From the NCBI GenBank assembly GCA_963664825.1, contig OY761614.1, forward strand, positions 384,001-448,000: a stretch of 64,000 nucleotides of DNA, written 5' to 3'. The DNA comes from an uncultured Holophaga sp. GTDB lineage: Bacteria > Acidobacteriota > Holophagae > Holophagales > Holophagaceae. Below, piece after piece: positions 57,723 through 64,000 of this stretch. The notes beneath the pieces are model-generated. The model had not been told where the DNA came from. It saw only the letters and a program-made list of their open reading frames with translations, and did not search any database. The first letter of the stretch is position 1; every line of letters begins with the position of its first letter. The position numbers and the translations under genes were made by a program.

Positions 57723-58388
57723 TCAGGCGCGCCGGGAGGCGATCCGCTCGCTGAGGCGATAGACGCCATAGGTGATGGCGTAGGCGGCGATGATATCGAG
57801 GGTGTAGTGCATGTGGGCCAGGAACACCACCCCCAGCGTGAAGAGATTCAGGACCAGGAAGACCCGGCTCGCCTTGCCGAAACGGCGACTGAAGAGGTAG
57901 AGCAGGAAGGTCGTGGCGATGTGGCCACTGAAGAAGAGATCCTTGGTCAGGTAGACGCCCGCGGCATTGCCCCCGATGGCCTTGAAGGGATTGAGGATGG
58001 CGAGGAGGGCCGGCCAGACCGCGAAGGGGTGAAGCGCATTGAGATCCGGGCCCATGACCGGGCCGATCCCCGCCAGGGGGATCATCAGCCCCCGTAGCAG
58101 GGAGAGGGCCGCGTCCGTAAGGACCAGGCGGATGAAGAGGGAGCGGTTCTTCCAGCCGATCCAGAGGGCCGGGGGGATGTAGCACAGGAGCCAGAGGATG
58201 TAGTTCCACCGGGCCAGCCAATCGATATAGGGCATGTGCTGCAACAGCAGATCCGGAACCGCAACCCCGGGCCGCAGCTCGTGGGGCAGGATGAGCAGCA
58301 GCGCGATGCCGTGGCAGAGATAGCGGAATGCCAGCACAGCCAGGAGGATGAGCCAGAAGGGCTGGGGCGTCTTTCCATTCCTGTCCAT
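57723..58388 (-). CDS. PAP2-superfamily, sphingomyelin-synthase-like membrane protein
   Basis: PDLL, LRG, KDLFFSGH, HMHYTLD; about 6 TM helices. Confidence 0.8.
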   Translation of the reverse strand: MDRNGKTPQPFWLILLAVLAFRYLCHGIALLLILPHELRPGVAVPDLLLQHMPYIDWLARWNYILWLLCYIPPALWIGWKNRSLFIRLVLTDAALSLLRGLMIPLAGIGPVMGPDLNALHPFAVWPALLAILNPFKAIGGNAAGVYLTKDLFFSGHIATTFLLYLFSRRFGKASRVFLVLNLFTLGVVFLAHMHYTLDIIAAYAITYGVYRLSERIASRRA

Positions 58389-58716
58389 GAGCCATGATAG
58401 CGGCGGCCAGCCCCGGGAAGACCGACAGCGTCCATCCTCGAAGGACTGGGTCAGGAAGGAGAGGGCCCCCAGTTCAGGCGCAGGCCGTGCCGAGACCGCC
58501 ATGGGCGGCTGAAGTCACATACGCTCGAAACAAGGACACGATCCATCCCGGAGCCACACCCGATACCAAGCCCAGGCCGGCCGACCCATCATTCAGCAGT
58601 TCGCCCACTGCTTCCCTCCGCTGGGAACAACCCTCCTGCGGCCCGCGGGCAGGACCTTTAGCCTGAACTCAGCGCGGTTTCCAATTGGAATCCTCCGCGC
58701 CATTCGGGAGGATACC

Positions 58717-59877
58717 GTGCTGCCCATCGCGCTCAAGATGCTCTTCGGGGACCGGGGGAAATACCTCGGCATCGTCATCGGCATCGCCCTGGCGACGGTC
58801 CTGATGATTCAGCAACCGGGCATCCTCATTTCGATCCTCAAGACCGTCAACGGGGTCATCAACGATGTCTCGGGCGTGGACATCTGGGTCATGGATCCCA
58901 TGGTGAAGAGCGTCGACGATGCCAAGCCCCTGATGGACACGCAGCTCTATCGGGTGAAGGGGGTGCAGGGCGTCGCCTGGGCCGTTCCGTTCTACAAGGG
59001 CAGCTGCAAGGTTCGCATGGCCAACGGCGAGACGGTGCAGTCCGTCGCCATCGGCTTGGACGACGCCACCCTCATCGGCGGTCCCGGCCAGCTCCTGCAT
59101 GGCAGCCTCGCGGACCTTCGCCAGCCCGACAGCATCATCGTGGACAAGGCGGGTGCGGATGGGCGCCTGGCCAAGCCCTCCAGCACACCCGGAGGCAAGC
59201 CCACACCCCTCCAGGTGGGAGACACCCTCGAGATCAACGACCGGCGCGCCGTCGTAGTCGGCATCGCCCAGGCCACCCAGACCTTCGCCTCCCAGCCCAC
59301 CATCTACACCACCTACACCCGGGCGAAGACCTTCGCGCTCACCGAACGCAAGATGCTCACCTTCATCCTGGCCAAGGCCCGACCGGGGGAGGACCCGGGC
59401 GCCGTGGCGGCCCGCATCGCCCGCCAGACGGGACTCGGGGCCTATTCGGCCCAGCAGTTCAAGGCCAAGAACCTGGAATACATGGTGAAGAACACCAGCA
59501 TCATCGTCAATTTTGGCTTCGTGGTCCTGGTCGGTTTCATCGTCGGCGCGGCGGTCACGGGCCAGATCTTCTACAACTTCACCTTGGACAACCTGCGGCA
59601 CTTCGGGGTGTTCAAGGCCATGGGTGCCACGGACGGCATTCTCAGGCGCATGATCCTGCTCCAGGCCGCGGTGGTGGGGCTGATCGGCTTCGGGCTGGGA
59701 GCCGGTTTCACGAGCCTGTTCGCGCTCAACAGCAGCAGCTCGGACCTCGGCATGACCTTGAACTGGACGCTCCTATTGGCCAGCGGAGGCGCCGTCATGA
59801 TCATCGTCCTGCTGGCGGCCCTCCTGAGCATCCGCAAGGTCATGAAACTCGAACCCGCCATCGTCTTCAAGGGCTAA
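58717..59877 (+). CDS. ABC exporter permease (DevC/FtsX-like)
   Basis: IALKMLFGDRGKY, DIWVMD, FKAMGA, LEPAIVF. Confidence 0.9.
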   Translation: MLPIALKMLFGDRGKYLGIVIGIALATVLMIQQPGILISILKTVNGVINDVSGVDIWVMDPMVKSVDDAKPLMDTQLYRVKGVQGVAWAVPFYKGSCKVRMANGETVQSVAIGLDDATLIGGPGQLLHGSLADLRQPDSIIVDKAGADGRLAKPSSTPGGKPTPLQVGDTLEINDRRAVVVGIAQATQTFASQPTIYTTYTRAKTFALTERKMLTFILAKARPGEDPGAVAARIARQTGLGAYSAQQFKAKNLEYMVKNTSIIVNFGFVVLVGFIVGAAVTGQIFYNFTLDNLRHFGVFKAMGATDGILRRMILLQAAVVGLIGFGLGAGFTSLFALNSSSSDLGMTLNWTLLLASGGAVMIIVLLAALLSIRKVMKLEPAIVFKG

Positions 59878-59879
59878 CC

Positions 59880-60581
59880 ATGCACACGCCTTTTCCACTC
59901 GCCATCCGCTGCTCCGGCATCGCCAAGACCTACGGTACCGGCGACACGCAGGTCCAGGCCCTGCGCGGCATCGATCTCGAGGTGCTCCCGGGGGAGCTGA
60001 TGATGCTGGTCGGACCCTCGGGTTGCGGCAAGACCACCCTCATCTCCATCATCGCCGGCATCCTCGACCAGACGGAGGGGGACTGCCACCTGTTCGGGCA
60101 GAACCTGCGGGACCTGGATCCGGAGGCACGCACCCGCTACCGAGGCAAGCACATCGGCTTCGTGTTCCAGGCCTTCAACCTCATTCCCACGCTCACCGTG
60201 GCCGAGAATGTCGCGATCCCCCTGCTCATCCTGGGGGAGGGACAGGACAAGGCCCTGGCCCAGGCTCGGCGATGCCTGGAGGAGGTGGGCCTGGGCGACA
60301 AGGTCAATGCCTTCCCGAGCCAGATCTCCGGCGGCCAGCAGCAGCGGGTCGCCGTGGCCCGCGCCCTGGTGCACGACCCGAAGCTGATCGTCTGCGACGA
60401 GCCCACCTCCGCCCTGGACCACCAGACGGGGCACCGGGTGATGGAGGTCCTGAAGGGCCTGGCCATGGATGGCAAGCGCTCCCTGGTCATCGTCACCCAC
60501 GACGCCCGCATCTTCGATTTCGCCGACCGCATCGCCCATATGGACGACGGCCGCATCCAGGACCTCGAAACCCACCACTGA
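59880..60581 (+). CDS. ABC transporter ATP-binding protein (LolD/DevA-like)
   Basis: GPSGCGKT, ISGGQQQR, VCDEPT, VTHD. Confidence 0.96.
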   Translation: MHTPFPLAIRCSGIAKTYGTGDTQVQALRGIDLEVLPGELMMLVGPSGCGKTTLISIIAGILDQTEGDCHLFGQNLRDLDPEARTRYRGKHIGFVFQAFNLIPTLTVAENVAIPLLILGEGQDKALAQARRCLEEVGLGDKVNAFPSQISGGQQQRVAVARALVHDPKLIVCDEPTSALDHQTGHRVMEVLKGLAMDGKRSLVIVTHDARIFDFADRIAHMDDGRIQDLETHH

Positions 60582-60594
60582 AGGGATTACCGCC

Positions 60595-61539
60595 ATGATG
60601 AAGATCAAGATGCTCCCCCTGGCCGCCGGGTTGGGGATCCTGCTCGCCGCCGGCGTCGCCATGAAATCGGGCGTGAAAAAGCCCGAAGCCGTGCCCATTG
60701 CCCCACCGGCCGAGGCTCCCTATGCCACCTATATCGGCGGCGCAGGCCTCGTGGAGGCCGACAATGACAACATCAGCCTGGGCACTTCCCTGCCCGGCAT
60801 CGTCAAGACGGTCTACGTGAAGGCGGGCGACCGGGTCAAGGCCGGGCAGGCCCTCTTCCAGATCGATGACCGCGAATACCAGGCCGACTTGCTCGTCAAG
60901 CAGGCGGAGCTGGCCAAGGCCGAAGGCGCCCTGGAGGAGGCCCTGGCTGCGCAAAAAGACAGCACCTCCCAGTACGCCCTGGTGAAGGATGCGAGCGGGC
61001 TTGCCGTCAGCGTGGACGATATCCAGAAGCGCAAGCATGCGGCCGAATTGGGGGATGCCAAGCTCCTGAGCGCGAAGGCCAATGTGAAGGCCGCCCAGGC
61101 CAGCCTCCAGGCGGCCCGCACCGTTCTGGATCGCTTGACGGTCCGGGCACCCATGGAGGGGGAGGTCATCCAGTTGAACACCCGGCCTGGCGAATACGCT
61201 CCCACCGGTGCCCTGGACAAGCCCTTGATGCGCCTCGGCAGCCTGGAGACGTACCACATCCGGGTGGATGTGGACGAGAATGATGCCTGGCGCTTCCGGA
61301 CGGGGGCGAGGGCGACGGCCTTCCTCCGGGGCAACCGTGACTTCAAGGCAGAGGTGCGGTTCGCCCGCGTGGAACCCTATGTCACGCCCAAGCTCTCCCT
61401 GACCGGCAGCAGCAGCGAGCGGGTGGATACGCGCGTCCTCCAGGTGATCTACAGCTTCGACCGCAAGGCCTTGCCGGTCTACGTGGGCCAGCAGATGGAC
61501 GTCTTCATCGAGACGACCGAAGCGGGAGGCCACCGGTGA
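60595..61539 (+). CDS. HlyD-family periplasmic adaptor
   Basis: GAGLVE, VKAGDRVKAGQ, VRAPMEG, ERVDTRVLQV. Confidence 0.9.
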   Translation: MMKIKMLPLAAGLGILLAAGVAMKSGVKKPEAVPIAPPAEAPYATYIGGAGLVEADNDNISLGTSLPGIVKTVYVKAGDRVKAGQALFQIDDREYQADLLVKQAELAKAEGALEEALAAQKDSTSQYALVKDASGLAVSVDDIQKRKHAAELGDAKLLSAKANVKAAQASLQAARTVLDRLTVRAPMEGEVIQLNTRPGEYAPTGALDKPLMRLGSLETYHIRVDVDENDAWRFRTGARATAFLRGNRDFKAEVRFARVEPYVTPKLSLTGSSSERVDTRVLQVIYSFDRKALPVYVGQQMDVFIETTEAGGHR

Positions 61540-62942
61540 GAACGACGCGAACCCTATCTGCCGTGATGATGTTCCTGCTGGCCGGCGTCGCCCAGGCCCA
61601 GCCGAAACCCCTGGTCAGCGCACCCCCCGCCTTCAGTCAGGGCGAGGCAGGCGACGCCTCCCACCTGGAATCCCAGGCCTGGTGGGAAGCCTTCGGGGAC
61701 CCCACCCTCACCGACCTCGTGCGCCGGGCCACCGGGGGCAGCCTTACGCTCCAACAGGCCCAGGCCCGGATTCTTCAAGCCAGGGCCGCGCTGGGGAGCG
61801 CCAAGGCCGATCAATGGCCCTCCGTGACGGCAACCGCGCAGGCTTCCCGGAGCCGGACGAGCACCAACGCGATCACCCCCGCCCAGGCCGCTGGGGCGAC
61901 CACGCTCTACCAGGCCGGCTTCGACGCCTCCTGGGAGGTGGATCTCTTCGGGAGCAAGCGCAGGGCTCGGGAAGCAGCCCAGGCCCGGTACGAGGCGAGT
62001 GTCGAGGACCTCCGGGCCGCCCTCCTGACCCTGGAGGGGGACGTCGCATCGAACTACATCACGCTCCGCGGCAACCAGGCTCTGCTGGAGGTCACGCGCC
62101 AGAACGCCGAAACCCAGCGGCAGGCCGTGAACGTGACCGAGGAGCGGCAGCGTCTCGGCCTCACCAGCGGGCTGGACGCCGCCCAGGCCAGGGCCCAGCT
62201 CGCCGCCACCGAGGCGGAGCTCCCCTCACTCGAAGCCTCCATCCGGCAGTCCTGCCACCGCCTCGGCGTCCTGCTCGGGCTGGAGCCCACGGCGCTGGTG
62301 GCAGAACTGTCCCAGGCGAAACCCCTGCCTGCCGCCCAGGGCGCGGTCGCCACGGGACTGCCTTTGGAACTGCTGGCCCGGCGCCCGGACCTCCGGAGCG
62401 CGGAGCGGAACCTGTGCGCGGCCCTGGCCGAGGTCGGCGTGGCCCGGGCGGAACTCTATCCCAAATTCGACCTCACTCTCGGGCTGGGGCTCCAGAGTGC
62501 CGGGACCTCCAACTTCGCGTCGATCTCTAGCCGCTACTGGTCGATCATTCCCGGCCTGAACCTGCCGGTCTTCAACCGGGGGGCCATCAAGGCCAACATC
62601 GCCAAGAAGGAGGGCGTCTACCAGGAGGCCCTGGCGGCCTTCCGGGCCTCCTACCACTCGGCCTTGGAGGATGTGGAGAACGCCTTGGCGAACTACTATG
62701 CGGAAAGGGCCCGGGCGGCAGGCCTTGCGGAATCGCTGAGCCAGAGCCGCCAGGCCCTGACCCTGGCGCAGGAGCGGTACCGGCGTGGCTTGACCAGCTT
62801 CCTGGATGTCCTGACGGCCCAGTCCTCGGTCCACACGGCCCAGCGAAGCCTGACGCAGTCCCAGTCCCTGATCCTGACCGACCTGGTCGCCCTCCACAAA
62901 GCCCTCGGCGGGGGATGGGCCGTTTCGGGACTGTCCGCCTGA
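61536..62942 (+). CDS. Outer membrane efflux protein (TolC/NodT family)
   Basis: WWEAFGDPTL, ASWEVDLFG, LLARRPDL, KALGGGW. Confidence 0.94.
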   Translation: MRTTRTLSAVMMFLLAGVAQAQPKPLVSAPPAFSQGEAGDASHLESQAWWEAFGDPTLTDLVRRATGGSLTLQQAQARILQARAALGSAKADQWPSVTATAQASRSRTSTNAITPAQAAGATTLYQAGFDASWEVDLFGSKRRAREAAQARYEASVEDLRAALLTLEGDVASNYITLRGNQALLEVTRQNAETQRQAVNVTEERQRLGLTSGLDAAQARAQLAATEAELPSLEASIRQSCHRLGVLLGLEPTALVAELSQAKPLPAAQGAVATGLPLELLARRPDLRSAERNLCAALAEVGVARAELYPKFDLTLGLGLQSAGTSNFASISSRYWSIIPGLNLPVFNRGAIKANIAKKEGVYQEALAAFRASYHSALEDVENALANYYAERARAAGLAESLSQSRQALTLAQERYRRGLTSFLDVLTAQSSVHTAQRSLTQSQSLILTDLVALHKALGGGWAVSGLSA

Positions 62943-62967
62943 CCAGGCCCAGCCTACACTCACCCCC

Positions 62968-64000
62968 ATGCGGATCGACCAGTTCCCGACAAGCACCCTG
63001 CACATGTTCAGGAACCCGGCCACCTGGGTCGCGATCGCCGTCTACGGCATCGCCTGGATCGGGGCGCGGGTGGTGCTCGTACCGCCGGGCGTGGTGCCGG
63101 AGGGCATGGAGTTCGTCATGCCCTTCCTGTTCGTGGCAGCCCAGGTGGCCCTTGCGCCGCTGCCTTGGCTCTGGACCGGGGACGACCGGCCCCAGGCGCC
63201 GCCCCTTCGCGGCCTCCTCCAGGCCATCCCCTGGAATGCCCTCTGGATAGGGGCTGGCATTGGCCTCCTCGTCCTCCTGAGTTCCGGAAGAGGCACCGGG
63301 GAGCTCCGGGCCCTGGGCTACCAGCCCCCCTTCCGCCCCGAGTGGCTGCTGTTCGTGGTCAACTTCACCCTGGCCATGATCCTGGGGCTCTTCCTGGCCG
63401 AGAAGGAGCGGGTGGAGTCCTCGGAGCGAGCCCTAAAGCTGCTGGCGGACCAGACCCGTGTCCAGGTGCTCCAGGCCCAGCTCAACCCCCACGTGCTGTT
63501 CAATGTGCTCGGCGGCTTGACGGAGCTGGTGCACGAGGATCCCGACGCGGCCGAATCCGCCCTGGTGGCCCTGATCCAGATGTACCGGGAGCTTACGACC
63601 CATGGGGTGGCCCTTGCCGCTCCCCTTCGGGATGAGCGGAGGATCCTGGAGCACTACCTCGATATCGAGGAGATCCGGCTGGGAAAGCGCCTGGAGGTGG
63701 CCTGGGAATGGCCCGGCTGGGCGGACAGACTGGAACTGCCTCCCCTGCTGCTTCAGCCCTTAGTGGAGAATGCGATCAAGCACGGGATCTCCCCCCTTCC
63801 AGAAGGAGGAGCCGTACGGATCGCGGTGGAACGCAAGCCCGGAAGGCTGGCCCTGTCCGTGGCGAACAATGGGGTGCCGCTCGATGTCAGGGCCGGTGAA
63901 GGGACCGGGATCGGGAACCTGAGGGAGCGGCTTCGCCTCATGCCTGACCTTGATCCCCGGCTGGACCTCCTCGTCGAGGACGGCTGGACGGTGGTGAGGC
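62968..64000 (+). CDS. LytS-type sensor histidine kinase (3' end lies outside the window; absent from the ORF track)
   Basis: Hand translation: MRIDQFP..., TM segments, QAQLNPHVLFNVL, LQPLVENAIKHG, GTGIGNLRERL. Confidence 0.9.
   Translation, partial: MRIDQFPTSTLHMFRNPATWVAIAVYGIAWIGARVVLVPPGVVPEGMEFVMPFLFVAAQVALAPLPWLWTGDDRPQAPPLRGLLQAIPWNALWIGAGIGLLVLLSSGRGTGELRALGYQPPFRPEWLLFVVNFTLAMILGLFLAEKERVESSERALKLLADQTRVQVLQAQLNPHVLFNVLGGLTELVHEDPDAAESALVALIQMYRELTTHGVALAAPLRDERRILEHYLDIEEIRLGKRLEVAWEWPGWADRLELPPLLLQPLVENAIKHGISPLPEGGAVRIAVERKPGRLALSVANNGVPLDVRAGEGTGIGNLRERLRLMPDLDPRLDLLVEDGWTVVR

Noticed and set aside
58590..58625. Weak cagttcg/ccgctgg repeats upstream of the ABC exporter as LytTR boxes
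   Set aside because: Too degenerate to distinguish from chance.

Overview
GC-rich bacterial chromosomal window. Gene content and style resemble Holophagae (Acidobacteriota); this is an inference and was not verified. In order it carries: a partial PAS hybrid kinase; a nifS/arnT/arnA-decarboxylase block; a MacB-type efflux cluster with two adaptors, two permeases and a Yip1 protein but no ATPase; an HtrA protease; cysE; a LytS/LytTR module; a class III ribonucleotide reductase cassette (NrdR boxes, cobalamin riboswitch, nrdD-nrdG-marC) bracketed by a ~440-bp duplicated 3' half of an EamA gene; two divergent S9 peptidases; dnaE; an Xre-RES toxin-antitoxin pair; lon; a 737-aa orphan gene; a PilZ-REC protein; clpX, greA, ybaK; a 7-gene Ehr-type membrane complex whose large subunit lacks the NiFe ligands; a sphingomyelin-synthase-like gene; a complete ABC/TolC exporter; and a second, partial LytS kinase. 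I found no tRNA, rRNA, CRISPR array, integrase or transposase. The most unusual signals are tandem palindromic DNA units translated in frame inside Lon, the repeat-bracketed nrdDG cassette, mirrored 10-bp-period heptamer arrays in the LytTR locus, and the internally duplicated orphan protein. All family assignments come from motifs recognised by eye; no database search was run.
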